Positions 1 to 10,616 of a stretch of 64,000 bases of DNA are shown one piece after another. The notes beneath the pieces were generated by a model. That model saw only the letters and a list, made by a program, of their open reading frames with translations. It did no database searches and was not told the origin of the DNA. Every line of letters begins with the position of its first letter. Position 1 is the first letter of the stretch. The stretch is from NCBI GenBank assembly GCA_000004985.1, contig GG738885.1; one strand, written 5' to 3'. The stretch comes from Naegleria gruberi (lineage: Eukaryota). Both the position numbers and the translations under genes were made by a program.

Positions 1-1274
1 TTGTTTTAGTACTCCATTTTCAATCTTTACAATTCTGTGATTATAGGCATCAGAGAAGAATACTTCATTCTTTGAATTGGTGGCCACTCCATAGGTATAT
101 TTAAGTTTGGCAATTGTTGGCTCTACGTTATCTATTGGAGAGGTTGATTCTTCAACATTCGAATAACCTGCAACCAAAGTAACTATTCCATTAGAATATT
201 TCAATAACCTGTGGTGATTCGTATCAGAAATAAATAATTCGTTTTGATTATTCAACAAAATTTGAGTTGGATTATTGAGTTGAGCAGAAGTTCCTGATAT
301 ACCATATCCTGTATTGAATCCTCCTCCAACAATTGTTTCAATCAATCCAGTAGTAGCAGATACTTTCCTTATCCTATGATTTCCTTTATCCACAATATAG
401 AGATCTCCACTATCCGAAACTGTAATACCTGTTGGAAAATTTAGTTTTGATTCAGTTGCATTTATCGAGTCTTGATTGTATCCACATTGCCCTCCTACAC
501 CAGCAACTGTTCCAATAATTCCCAAATTCGAAACCTTTCTAATCACACAATTAAACGTGTCAGCAATATAAATTTCACCTGAATTGCTCACATAAACACT
601 GGAAGGATATCTCAATGAAGCAGAAGTTGCTTCTCCACCATCTCCACTATATCCCGCTACAACATTTCCTGCAACATTCGAAACAGTTCCATTTGCAATC
701 ACCAACTTTCGAATCAATGAGTTGGATTCGTCTGCAAAATATAATTCTCCCTGGCTAGAGAATATTTCAGTGTAGAATAAACCAATAGGACGATTCAATG
801 CTGTTAGAGTTCCTTTCAGATTATTTCCATTGTACAAACCAGTTATACTGGTCCCTACTACCTTGTTCGAAACTCCATTTTGAAATTTGTGAATTGCATT
901 TAAATATTCATCAGAATAATAGATAATATTGTTGGGGGTTACGGCAATACCTGCCCATTGAACACCAATATCCGAATAAACAACTTCATAAAAATTAGTG
1001 TTCATCGAAACCTTTCCGATAGTTTTTACATCATGAATAAAGTACATGAAACTTGAATCATTTGATAGAGCCATTTGAAGTGGGTATTCCAGAAGGATAT
1101 CCACTGCCTTTGTTGTGGTAGATTCCTCTTCCACCAGAACTGAAATCTCATAACTTGCAGATTTCGTCTCCACACTTGTATTATTCGAAACTAACTGACC
1201 CACACATAAACCAACCATAAAACACCACAACAATACCGCCAACAACATAACAACCCTCGACTTGAAATTCATCT
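1..1274 (-). CDS. Secreted NHL-repeat protein, 3' end beyond the window start. ATG is at 1272-1274 and an N-terminal signal peptide is present.
   Basis: Minus-strand translation from ATG at 1274 gives MNFKSRVVMLLAVLLWCFMVGLCVG (signal peptide). Repeated NHL-type units follow, with motifs ...AGYSGDGG..., ...YIADTFNCVIRKV..., ...GNHRIRKV.... The frame stays open to position 1. It is a paralog of the NHL region of the gene at 32061-34535. Confidence 0.6.
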
Positions 1275-1600
1275 TTTGTTTTGTGCTGATTTTTTGTGTT
1301 TAGTTTATTACCGAGGCGTTGGGCTCTTTTGAGTTCATGATGCACAACAACTAAAAATCAAGATCCAAGTTTGTGTCGTGAAAGATGCACTTACTATGTG
1401 GACAAAAGGATAATTGTGTTTGGTAGGTGGTAACATTTTGAATTGGGATGTCTTTCACTTTATTTTTTGGCGGGAATTTAATTTGGTCTTGGCATTGCGT
1501 TTTGGTTATCATGATATTGTAATCGATTTATCCATTTCATCTTGAAAATTCAACATGATGAATGAGAGAACTCTAGTTTGTTATTTTTTTATCTAATTCC

Positions 1601-2224
1601 TTATTTGGAACTTTCAATTATTAACATTTCTACAAATTTTTCATAATTAATCTTTCCACTCGAGTAGGGATCGAGAATGGTTAACAATTTGGTGTATTCC
1701 TCGTGTGAAATAATTGATTTCGAATAGGCGAAATGGGTGGAATGTTCTGAGTTTTCTGAAGGTTTGGTGAGTGGACTGAATTCGAATAAATATCTTTCTA
1801 AATCTTGAATGTAGATGAACCCTCTCTGAACTGGTTTGCCATTAGATGGTTTTTCCGAAAGTATTCTAAAGGATTCCAATAATTGTTCTCTTCCAAAATC
1901 TAGTTCTGGTTCATCATGAATCAAGTGGAGAAACTGTTTGAAATTTATAGAATCTACTGGCCCATCCATCCTTCCCAAACCAAGAGAAGAGAAACTTTCG
2001 TGAATGTTTCGAATAATTGCTTTCAATTCCTCATTCGAAATCTTGTATCCTATTCTTCTAAATAAACTTTTTAAATCCTTCATGGTCATCCTCTGTTGAT
2101 TTATTGGTTTCACTGGTTTCTTCTCATTGTCCGTGTTTCGAACAAGTAAATGAAACAAGGCAATCGAGTCATTCATTTCACTTTCAGATAATGTCATTGC
2201 ATCAATTATTCTTGTTGGAGCCAT
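1601..2224 (-). CDS. Small EF-hand-like (calmodulin/myosin light-chain-like) protein, 207 aa
   Basis: Intact ORF with ATG at 2222-2224. Helix-loop-helix segments resemble degenerate EF hands (SINFKQFLHLI; GFIYIQDLERYL). No canonical Ca-binding loop is visible. Confidence 0.35.
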   Translation of the reverse strand: MAPTRIIDAMTLSESEMNDSIALFHLLVRNTDNEKKPVKPINQQRMTMKDLKSLFRRIGYKISNEELKAIIRNIHESFSSLGLGRMDGPVDSINFKQFLHLIHDEPELDFGREQLLESFRILSEKPSNGKPVQRGFIYIQDLERYLFEFSPLTKPSENSEHSTHFAYSKSIISHEEYTKLLTILDPYSSGKINYEKFVEMLIIESSK

Positions 2225-2700
2225 TTTTTATAATACTATTAATTTTAAAGTATTCAATTCGAGATCTCTTTCAATGCCTTTAAATATATTAAATTTGGAT
2301 TTTTTTCACAATTCCATCAGAAACTGTCAACCCTCAAAAGAGATAACTGATTATTTAAGTTATGCACATTCCCTTGTTCATTCTCCTAAATATGTGTTAT
2401 TACTCAATAGTTTACAAAAGTTGTGTTGAAAAATGAAAATTAATTGAAGACTGCAAGAATCCTCTACAGTACAATGATCACAATGGACTTTGTAAACAGA
2501 TGCACAAATATGAGAAGTTTCAAAAGGGTATGAGAGGACAAAAGGATTAAAAATCGATCAACCAATAGGAATTTTTCTCTGGTCAACCTTACTCATCCAA
2601 AAGGAGTTTTTTTAACCCTCACACCAACCATATACGATTCTTTAAAACTCCTTTTGGCTCCACAGCAATTTGTTGCTACAGATAAAAAAACACTTTACTC

Positions 2701-3027
2701 ATGGCCATTCTAACTAGCAGAGTTTTTCAACTCTCAATGTCAATACTGTCAAGTGTCTTTGCGTTGTTTGTTGGCAGTTTGATAGCTGTGGTTGTTATTG
2801 TAACTTTAAAGTCAACTAATCAGTATGGAATACCTTCTTCGATTGCTTTAGGATTATTTTCCTTGTTGTTAATATCCATAGGTTTCTCTTGTCTGGTAAT
2901 TGGTATTCGAAACTATTTGAAAAACAAGGAATTAAACTCTGAAAATCAGGATAATTCGAAAGTCATTGTCATTAACGATTCCTGTCTAATTGCTCCAATT
3001 AATTATATGGCACATGCTAAAATTTAA
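2701..3027 (+). CDS. Hypothetical small two-TM membrane protein, 108 aa
   Basis: ORF with two hydrophobic stretches, no recognisable family, and an AT-rich context. It may be spurious. Confidence 0.2.
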   Translation: MAILTSRVFQLSMSILSSVFALFVGSLIAVVVIVTLKSTNQYGIPSSIALGLFSLLLISIGFSCLVIGIRNYLKNKELNSENQDNSKVIVINDSCLIAPINYMAHAKI

Positions 3028-4081
3028 CTCTTCCTAACACAAATAAACTAACCTGAACAATTTCTTAAATAATCCAATACATGCATGTTAAATAAACCCA
3101 AAAATCAATTAAACTCAAAAACACAAAAGCGAAGGTGTTATCACCCACTGGTAACAGAACCTACAGAAATCGAACCAGATGAATGACACTTTCCCCCGCC
3201 CTTTAAGAGTAGTGGTATTTCATTAACGCCATAAGCTCCCACCTATTCTACACCTCTATAATAAGCAAGATGTTTGCTGTGTGATATCTATGCGGTTCTG
3301 TCAAATTTTAATAGAGTATTGTGGTATGAGAACTGATCCTCAAAGGAGAGAATGTGTTGGTTGTGGTTTTGAAAATATGAAGCAATATTATTTCATTTCA
3401 GTTCTGAAATTGATCTTCTAATAGATTTTAACTAAATTATGATTTTTAAAAAAATGAAGAGAGTGAGTATTGACTGAATTTGGATGTGTATGTGGCTATT
3501 TATCAACATAAACTCATAATTCAAATTTATGGTATTGATTATTGAATATTGGGTGGAATGGATTAAGTCTTGTTAGATACCAAAACTCTTTGGATACATT
3601 GTACTTTTTGGAACTAATCTTGAGAAACAAATTGTTAACAAGAAAATTCATATCAAGCTAAGAAGTATCAACACTAATCTCCACAGATAAAGCACTCAAT
3701 TGCATCGAAGTGTTCCCATTAGACAAAAGGATAACGTTATCCAAAAAATACTTTACAATAATCGAGAAGCAACTCCTCTCAACAAAAACCAATAACAAAT
3801 CCTAGTAATATTGTATAAACAGTAAGATTCCCTATCCAACCATCTGTTAAAAGCTTCTCAAATGATAATGACAACCCTTTTAACAATGAAAGATCTTAAA
3901 CTATTCGTAAGCCACGTGGAGTTGAATTTTTATTTTAAAAAATCAGAAGAAAAAAATTTGCTAATCTTCTCTCCGCACGGACAACAACTTTGGTTCTTCT
4001 CCACAACCCGACCAAAGAAAACAAATAGATTGTTTTGATCATCAAAAAAGTTTCTTTTAGTTTTTTATAAACAAGTGTGTA

Positions 4082-5908
4082 ATGAGAGCAAATTCTAGAT
4101 TCGTGTTTGCCTTGTTGCTTGTTTTGTTTCTTGTTCCTTTTATTTTGGAATCAATAGACCAAACAGCATCGAGCCTTTTAACAAAATCAAATAGTAATAT
4201 TAATCGTTATGAATCAACCTCGATTTCTTCATCATCAATTTTTGTAGAGGCCCAAAGAAGAAGACGAAGACTCAACAAGATTTTAAAGAAGAAGAAGAGA
4301 TATGAAGAAGAAGAAGACGATGATGATGACGAAGATGACGACAATCAACAACAACAACAACAACCACCTCAACAAGTCGACCAAGATGATGAAAGTTCTG
4401 GCGACAATGATAGTAGTAATGATAAAGTTGTAATGGAAAAACACACTTTCAGACCACCTTTCCTCTTTGGTGGACAACAATCTGTTCCTCATTGGGAATA
4501 TGGTGGAAGTTCTATTGCTACTGAATCTTACATTAGAGTTGTTCCAAACATCAAGTCTAGAACTGGTTATTTGTGGAATCTTGAACCTGTTCACATGAAG
4601 AGTTGGCAAGTTGAATTTGATATTCACATTCACAATAATCATAATCCTGGTGCGGATGGTATGGCTTTCTGGTATGCCAAAGAGCCATTCAAGACTGGTA
4701 CTTTAATGGGTTATACTGATAGTTTTGAAGGATTGGGTATTTTGTTTGATACCTATGACAATAACATGGATGGTGATAATCCAGCTGTTATTGCTATTTC
4801 CGGAAATGGTCAACATGTTAACTATGATGTAGATCATGATTTCAAGGCTAATCAATTGGACCGTTGTCGTGCTGATATTAGAAATCCAAGTGCTGGAAAG
4901 ACTTCAGTTCGTGTTACTTATCAAAATTCCATGTTAGGAGTTTATTTGGATACAGCAAACTCTGGTAGCTTTGTTAAATGTTTTGAACTTAACAATATTC
5001 ATTTGAAGGAAGGATTCTACTTTGGTCTTACTGCTGCTACTGGTGGTTTGGCTGATAATCATGATGCTTTGAACTTTATTACTTATGATCTTAATCCTGC
5101 CCCAGTTTCAAATGAAGGAATTCAACCACCATCTCATCATCACAGAGGTTGGTACGATCCATATGAGGAATTCCAAAAGTATCTCGATAAGCAAAAGCAA
5201 GACGAAGAAGCCATGAATCATGGTAAGCCAGCCGAACATCATCAACAACAACAACAAGTCAACTTGCAACACGAAGTTCATAGTGAAATTGAAAGAAAGA
5301 AGAAGGAAACTGAACAAGCTTGGGAGGAAGAACAAAAGATCTTTAATCAACTCAAGGAAAAGATGAAACATGTAGATGAAAGCCAAGATGCAAGCTCAAA
5401 GGATCAACCACCAGTTCAACATCATGAAGGTGGTCATGTTACCTTTAATATGCAAACTGGTTTACTTATTTTGGAAGCTCTCGAGGAAGTTACCAGAACT
5501 ATTAAGAAGTCATCTACTAAGAGCGATATTATTAATATTTTGGAATTTGTTAATGAAGTTTCAAAGAAGCAAGAAGAAGTACAAGCCAAATTTACTGAAT
5601 TCAGTGAAAATACCAAGAGAGATGTTAGTGGAACCCTTCAAGAATTGAAGAGAGATACTGATACATTGAATGTTCAATTACGTAAATTGGATTCTCTCAT
5701 TACAAACATCTATAATGATGTCAACAATATTCAACGTTCTCATGGTGAAATCCACTCTGGTATTTCCAAGCAAACAGAATCATTAGGAGAAATGCAAAGA
5801 TTTGGCAATGGATGGCTGTTGGTCATTTTCATCTTATTCCAAGTTGTTTTTACTGTTGGTTTCATCTATTATAGAAAGTTCCAAGAAAGTAAGAGCAAGT
5901 TCTACTAA
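4082..5908 (+). CDS. L-type (legume-like) lectin cargo receptor of the ERGIC-53/VIP36/LMAN family, type I membrane protein
   Basis: ATG at 4082 followed by a signal peptide (FVFALLLVLFLVPFILES). The lectin domain carries hallmark motifs (GADGMAFWY..., GLGILFDTYDN, FGLTAATGGLADNHD). A coiled-coil stalk follows, then a C-terminal TM (WLLVIFILFQVVFTVGFIYY) and a short basic tail ending FY. There is an acidic/poly-Q insert near the N-terminus. Confidence 0.8.
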   Translation: MRANSRFVFALLLVLFLVPFILESIDQTASSLLTKSNSNINRYESTSISSSSIFVEAQRRRRRLNKILKKKKRYEEEEDDDDDEDDDNQQQQQQPPQQVDQDDESSGDNDSSNDKVVMEKHTFRPPFLFGGQQSVPHWEYGGSSIATESYIRVVPNIKSRTGYLWNLEPVHMKSWQVEFDIHIHNNHNPGADGMAFWYAKEPFKTGTLMGYTDSFEGLGILFDTYDNNMDGDNPAVIAISGNGQHVNYDVDHDFKANQLDRCRADIRNPSAGKTSVRVTYQNSMLGVYLDTANSGSFVKCFELNNIHLKEGFYFGLTAATGGLADNHDALNFITYDLNPAPVSNEGIQPPSHHHRGWYDPYEEFQKYLDKQKQDEEAMNHGKPAEHHQQQQQVNLQHEVHSEIERKKKETEQAWEEEQKIFNQLKEKMKHVDESQDASSKDQPPVQHHEGGHVTFNMQTGLLILEALEEVTRTIKKSSTKSDIINILEFVNEVSKKQEEVQAKFTEFSENTKRDVSGTLQELKRDTDTLNVQLRKLDSLITNIYNDVNNIQRSHGEIHSGISKQTESLGEMQRFGNGWLLVIFILFQVVFTVGFIYYRKFQESKSKFY

Positions 5909-5935
5909 GGTATTAAATAAATAATTTACTAAAAA

Positions 5936-6721
5936 TTACAATTCTAGCTCATCAAAATCAGTCCATACTGTAATATTTAACCTCCGTAAGAATGAAGAAA
6001 CAAGTCTTACAAATGGTCTAATCACATCATGTAATTCATTACTATAGAGAACAATTGCCAATAATAAGAGAATCAATAAAAGAGCAATATTCAAACTAGG
6101 TATCATGTCAGCTACAACTCCTTTAGTTTCCTCTTCTTTCAATAATAAAGTTGCTCTTCTTAAGCCTCTCTTTCCAGGATCTTGGAGTGGTTCATAACAA
6201 GGAGGCATAGATCTTACAGACATGGTTGTTCTAGTTGTTCTGGTAGTTCTTGTTGTTCGTCCTGAAATAAAGCTGTCACTAGGTGATTGCAATAGATTTG
6301 TTCTATCGGATCTATTAGATGTGAAAGATGTATTAATTGTTGTGCTAGTTTTGTTTGTGGCAAATGATGTGTTAATAGAAGTACGGGTTGTGTTAAAACT
6401 ATTGTGAAGAGGTTGTTGTTGAATCTGGTCATCATCGGCATCCTCCGGATAGTCTTCATAATCCAAAATATCTTCATTTCCATCCCCAAATGGATCTTCT
6501 TCAGTTTCACCGAATGGATCATCAAGAATAACTTGTTCTTCTTCATCATATTCACCCTCCTCTAATTCTTCTTGATAATCTTGTGAGTTGGCATATTCTT
6601 GAGCTGTAATAAATTTAGTTTCTCCCTTTAGATTGTAGAATGGTGATGTTGGGGTTTTCAGTTCTGAATCATCACTTGTAAAACTAATATCTTTTTGTGG
6701 TGTCGAGTTTTGTTGAGACAT
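5936..6721 (-). CDS. Hypothetical acidic protein with a C-terminal TM (tail-anchored-like), 261 aa
   Basis: ATG at 6719-6721. Long D/E-rich region (EEGEYDEEEQVILDDPFGETEEDPFGDGNEDILDYEDYPEDADDD). (TTR)n repeat. Single C-terminal hydrophobic helix (LNIALLLILLLLAIVLY). Confidence 0.35.
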   Translation of the reverse strand: MSQQNSTPQKDISFTSDDSELKTPTSPFYNLKGETKFITAQEYANSQDYQEELEEGEYDEEEQVILDDPFGETEEDPFGDGNEDILDYEDYPEDADDDQIQQQPLHNSFNTTRTSINTSFATNKTSTTINTSFTSNRSDRTNLLQSPSDSFISGRTTRTTRTTRTTMSVRSMPPCYEPLQDPGKRGLRRATLLLKEEETKGVVADMIPSLNIALLLILLLLAIVLYSNELHDVIRPFVRLVSSFLRRLNITVWTDFDELEL

Positions 6722-6809
6722 TTTTTAATTTAATAAATAATAATATTCTGGCGCCAAAGATTTTGATGATTAGAACCTTCTGTAATTATCAATTAAACAA
6801 AAGATAAAA

Positions 6810-7454
6810 ATGAAGAAGCAGATGGTATCTTCAGCCTCTTCATCCAATGTGATTAGTACTCGAAAAGAAACCTCCATTAAATTAAAAACAAATACAAAGC
6901 AATCAGAAATTCGACAATTAATCAAAGATGACAAAATTCGGAAAGATAACCAAAGTTTGTTGGTTCGGAATCATCAACAACAAGCACTAGTTGCTATTGA
7001 TGATCATCGATGTAATGGAGGTCCCCTCATTGTTTCTCATTCATCAAATGAACAATCTGAAATGGCATTGGAAAATAACAAATCAAATTTTCACATGAAT
7101 GCTCTTCAAGGAGTAATTCATAACATTCAATTCAATGGCTTAACTCCCACTTCGCAATCAGTAATGGATGGACAAATGGAAGCAGCCTTATTTTCCATTG
7201 AATCAGGTCTTTACGGTGTATGGAGGTCAAATAGAAAAGATGAAAAATTTGGAACTATTCAAGATTGTTCAAGGATTGGTCCGAATTCTACATGTTTTTG
7301 TGGTCATTCCCTCAAGGAACATTTCAAAAAGGGGCACAACTATAAGGTAGATCAATGTTTATCATGTAAGGAATGTAAACGATTCGAATTTATTCCTACA
7401 ACTCCTGAGGAAATTGGAGAAGTTTGGCTTGTGAGAAGAAGTAACTGTAAGTAA
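6810..7454 (+). CDS. Cys/His-rich protein; first of two adjacent ORFs carrying the same CxC..H..H / CxxCxxC motif
   Basis: ATG at 6810. The C-terminal motif is CFCGHSLKEHFKKGHNYKVDQCLSCKECKRFEFIPTTPEEIGEVW. It is repeated in the next ORF (7484-7789), which is in a different frame. No splice solution joins them (see findings). Confidence 0.4.
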   Translation: MKKQMVSSASSSNVISTRKETSIKLKTNTKQSEIRQLIKDDKIRKDNQSLLVRNHQQQALVAIDDHRCNGGPLIVSHSSNEQSEMALENNKSNFHMNALQGVIHNIQFNGLTPTSQSVMDGQMEAALFSIESGLYGVWRSNRKDEKFGTIQDCSRIGPNSTCFCGHSLKEHFKKGHNYKVDQCLSCKECKRFEFIPTTPEEIGEVWLVRRSNCK

Positions 7455-7483
7455 TTACTGTAAGGTTTAAAGAAATTAATGGA

Positions 7484-7789
7484 ATGAACCAAGTTGATGC
7501 AAGCAAATTCTCCGTAAAATGCAAATGCAAACATACATTTAAGGATCATCAACCAAACGGCTCAAAACGATGCAAGCATGCCTCATGTAAATGCCAAATG
7601 TTTAACAGTGATTTCCTTTGTGTTGTTTGTGATGGTCATTTCGAGGAGCATGAGACTGTCTTTGAGACATCCAAAGAGAGGAAAGAGATGGGACTTCCTG
7701 TTGGACAAGATTACATTCCCTTTGCAGAGGTTAAGGAACTCCAAAATGTTGTTTTTAATTCCGGAACGAATGTACCAACAAATCGGTAG
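7484..7789 (+). CDS. Second Cys/His-rich ORF with the same motif. Either a tandem paralog or the 3' part of the previous gene after a frameshift.
   Basis: KCKCKHTFKDHQPNGSKRCKHASCKCQMFNSDFLCVVCDGHFEEHE..GLPVGQDYIPFAE mirrors the motif of 6810-7454. Confidence 0.35.
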   Translation: MNQVDASKFSVKCKCKHTFKDHQPNGSKRCKHASCKCQMFNSDFLCVVCDGHFEEHETVFETSKERKEMGLPVGQDYIPFAEVKELQNVVFNSGTNVPTNR

Positions 7790-7912
7790 AAGTGCACCTT
7801 ATCTGGAGCAGCTCTCCTATTTACCGGAGCTTGTCTCCGTAAAACTCCTGCTGACAGCTATTTATACCAACTGGATCAACATGTTAATGATATCCAACAA
7901 CAAAAAAACAAA

Positions 7913-9793
7913 ATGATTAAGAATAGCATCTTTATTGCACTCTTTGTGTGTATATATTTAACATGTACAGTCTATTCACAAGGAGCTCCTTGTGTGTTCA
8001 ATACACCATTGCCAATTAATCCAGATTATTATTGGACAAGTCTTGCCTCCTTCCGAGCATGCTTGCCAAATATTCCTGCTGACAAGGATATGATTGCAAA
8101 CACCCTTGATATTGCTGTTGCTACTTCTAATGGTTATTCTTATGAATATATGGTTCAAAATAGCACATACTCTGGATCTGCATATTCTATTTCTGTAAAT
8201 TTGAAGAATAGAATTCAACAAATCAGAAACAAGAATTATGATTTCGACTATCAATTCCACAAAGAATTGATGGGTCTCTTCTTCAGTCTCTATGATGCTC
8301 ACACAATTTACATGCCTCCAAATCCATACAAGAATTCTTACTTGGTATTCCCATTCGATTTGACTAGCTCAATTACTAATGTTGGACAAGTTATTAGTGT
8401 AAAGGCTGACAATCGTCTCTATAGTGCCATTACTGGTTCTAATTCCGGTGCTGCTGGTAAAACTATTAGAACTATCAATGGAGTCAAGCCAAAGGACTTT
8501 TTAGATAGCATTGCTAATACTATTTTCATGTCAAAGGAAGCTGCTTCCAGATTCAATGAAGTTATCAAGATGCAAGAAATGTCTCTTGGTGCTTTGATTA
8601 TGCCAGAATTTGATTCATTGAACTATGTTTTCAGTGATGGTTCCTCTCTCAATCTCCCATTGGTTGTTTTGCTCTCTCAACAAATTAATGGTCCAAAAGA
8701 TTTCAAGAATTTAATGGCTGCTCAACCTTCCAAGTCAAGAATTGAAGTCAGAGTTAACAATAATCAAAAACGTGCACCAACTATGGCTGTTGATCCAAGA
8801 ATGGTCATTCCAGAATTGTCAATTCCAAAGATTGTTTACAAGAAAACTGGTTTTGAAAGCAAGCTTAGAGGAATGGCTGCTGGTAATCTCAAACTCCTTT
8901 ACTCTGCTTCTGATAAGTCTATCGCATACTTGTACCACACAACTCGTAAGATTTCAGTTTTCAAGATTGAATCATTTGCTCCAAATTATCCATACAGTCA
9001 ATATCCATGGGATGAATTCAAGAGTATTGTTGAAAGAGGAGTTGCTCATGCTCAATCTGTTGGTGTCAAGTCACTCGTTCTTGATTTACAAGGAAATGGT
9101 GGTGGATATGTTTGCTTATCGATTGCTTTGGCCAGACTTTTGATTGCCGAATATTCTGATCTGTCAAAACTCTATCAACCTTTTGAATTCAAGAAAAATC
9201 CACTTGTTGATTCTGCTCGTCCATTCTTCATTCAACCAAACTCAATGCTTAATGCTACAAATCTTCAACTATTGCCAAATGCTGATTTCTATGAGAGAGG
9301 TGTAACAAAGAAACTTGGTGGAGTTATTGCTAGTTACTCTCAACAATTCTATCTTGATTGTGCCAGTGAAGGTAACTTCTTCTTCAAGCCAGCCACTCAT
9401 TACTTTAACAAGTTTATTATCTTGACTGATGGTTTGTGCGGATCTAGTTGTTCTCAATTTGCTTCCAAATTGATTTATAATAAGAAGGCATTGGCTGCTA
9501 ATGTTGGTGGTTATGATTCTACTTTTGAAACAACTGCATTCAATGGTGGTGCTGTTCTTCACTATGATGACCTTGTCAAAAGAGGAGCTCCAATTCCAAG
9601 ATTAACCAAATCCAATGCTGTATTTACTTTCAATGAATTCCACATGTACTTGAATGCACAACAACCAATTCCAAGAGAATTCCAAATATTGAGAGGTGAT
9701 ATCAAGATTAACTCTTGGGACTTTGATGATTTGGAAGGATTGGTTGATACTGTTGCTCCTCAATTCGACAAGATGACTCCACTCAATCAATAA
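7913..9793 (+). CDS. Secreted peptidase S41 family (C-terminal processing / tail-specific protease-like) protein, 626 aa
   Basis: ATG at 7913 with a signal peptide. S41 signature SLVLDLQGNGGGYV (compare LxxDLRxNxGG). Catalytic-serine region ILTDGLCGSSCSQFASKL. Single exon. Confidence 0.6.
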   Translation: MIKNSIFIALFVCIYLTCTVYSQGAPCVFNTPLPINPDYYWTSLASFRACLPNIPADKDMIANTLDIAVATSNGYSYEYMVQNSTYSGSAYSISVNLKNRIQQIRNKNYDFDYQFHKELMGLFFSLYDAHTIYMPPNPYKNSYLVFPFDLTSSITNVGQVISVKADNRLYSAITGSNSGAAGKTIRTINGVKPKDFLDSIANTIFMSKEAASRFNEVIKMQEMSLGALIMPEFDSLNYVFSDGSSLNLPLVVLLSQQINGPKDFKNLMAAQPSKSRIEVRVNNNQKRAPTMAVDPRMVIPELSIPKIVYKKTGFESKLRGMAAGNLKLLYSASDKSIAYLYHTTRKISVFKIESFAPNYPYSQYPWDEFKSIVERGVAHAQSVGVKSLVLDLQGNGGGYVCLSIALARLLIAEYSDLSKLYQPFEFKKNPLVDSARPFFIQPNSMLNATNLQLLPNADFYERGVTKKLGGVIASYSQQFYLDCASEGNFFFKPATHYFNKFIILTDGLCGSSCSQFASKLIYNKKALAANVGGYDSTFETTAFNGGAVLHYDDLVKRGAPIPRLTKSNAVFTFNEFHMYLNAQQPIPREFQILRGDIKINSWDFDDLEGLVDTVAPQFDKMTPLNQ

Positions 9794-10029
9794 TTTTCTT
9801 CCTGAACCATAAAATTTTGTAAATATCCGAGTTTTGTAAATAAAAAAGTTTTGGTTGATTAATGAAATTTTCAAATCATTTTTATTAAAAAAGATCAGCA
9901 ACAAAAGATATTCAAAACCAGAGTGAATTCACTTACAATTTCACTACGCCATCAATTTACCATACTCAAAATAACCTAAAATTATCAAAACAAAAAAAAT
10001 AGAATCACATCTAATAATTATTAGAAGAA

Positions 10030-10425
10030 ATGTCCAACTTTAGAGGCCTTCCAGGATTTCCATCGTCATCAAGAGGAATCACAAGAGACGTTATTCGATC
10101 ACATATGCAAACAATGTTCTCTGTGACGTATCCATTGGATTCTACCTCTCCAACTTCTCCTTTGGATTTACCAATTTTTTCATCTATTGGTGCTGCTGGT
10201 AACAGTTTGAGTAATGCCTATCATGCCTACAATGGTAGACATAGCAAGGATTCTGATTGTATTCCGAGGGATATTATTTCTTTGAAACAAGTAACTGATT
10301 GTCCATTAGATCCAATCTTTGATATGCTCGGAGAAAGAGAATTTTTGATCAAGAAATTACATTTAAAACGAACACCACACAGAGTTGGACGTGCAAGACG
10401 TAACTTGCTAAGTCAAATTAGATAA
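10030..10425 (+). CDS. Hypothetical protein, 131 aa
   Basis: ATG-initiated ORF with coding-like composition and no recognisable domain. Confidence 0.25.
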   Translation: MSNFRGLPGFPSSSRGITRDVIRSHMQTMFSVTYPLDSTSPTSPLDLPIFSSIGAAGNSLSNAYHAYNGRHSKDSDCIPRDIISLKQVTDCPLDPIFDMLGEREFLIKKLHLKRTPHRVGRARRNLLSQIR

Positions 10426-10616
10426 TGTAAATAATATTATAATTGTAAAATATTAAATCAAAATGTTTCAATATAAAATAGTTAATAAAACAACTAACTT
10501 GTTCCACAACAAAACATTTTGGAATTCTTTGCTTGGTATTTCCAATATTTTCTGGACTTGTTTTGGCGCTAAAAAGCCACAAATTATTTTTATCATTTTT
10601 GAATTTTTTAAAAAAA

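Noticed and set aside
3140-3260. A GC-rich island in an AT-rich spacer containing 'atcgaacc' (reverse complement ggttcgat), which looked like a possible tRNA T-arm or small ncRNA
   Set aside because: Neither strand folds into a cloverleaf: there is no complementary 5-bp T-stem around TTCGATT and no matching acceptor stem. Known snRNA consensus sequences (U1, U2, U4, U5, U6) and the class-I ncRNA motif are absent. I left it unannotated.
4283-5616. Minus-strand and alternative-frame ORFs inside the L-type lectin gene (4283..4642, 5108..5386, 5376..5648, 5434..5616)
   Set aside because: They lie inside a well-supported coding gene, are hydrophobic or low-complexity, and are by-products of AT-rich codon bias.
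7447-7472. A 26-nt GTAAGT...AAAG 'intron' that would join the two Cys/His-rich ORFs
   Set aside because: The phase works, but the joined codon becomes TAA (t + aa), so this splice is impossible. An alternative 14-nt intron is too short.
7578-7916. ORF 7578..7916 (+), overlapping the second Cys-rich ORF in another frame
   Set aside because: No recognisable features. It overlaps a better-supported frame and is likely spurious.
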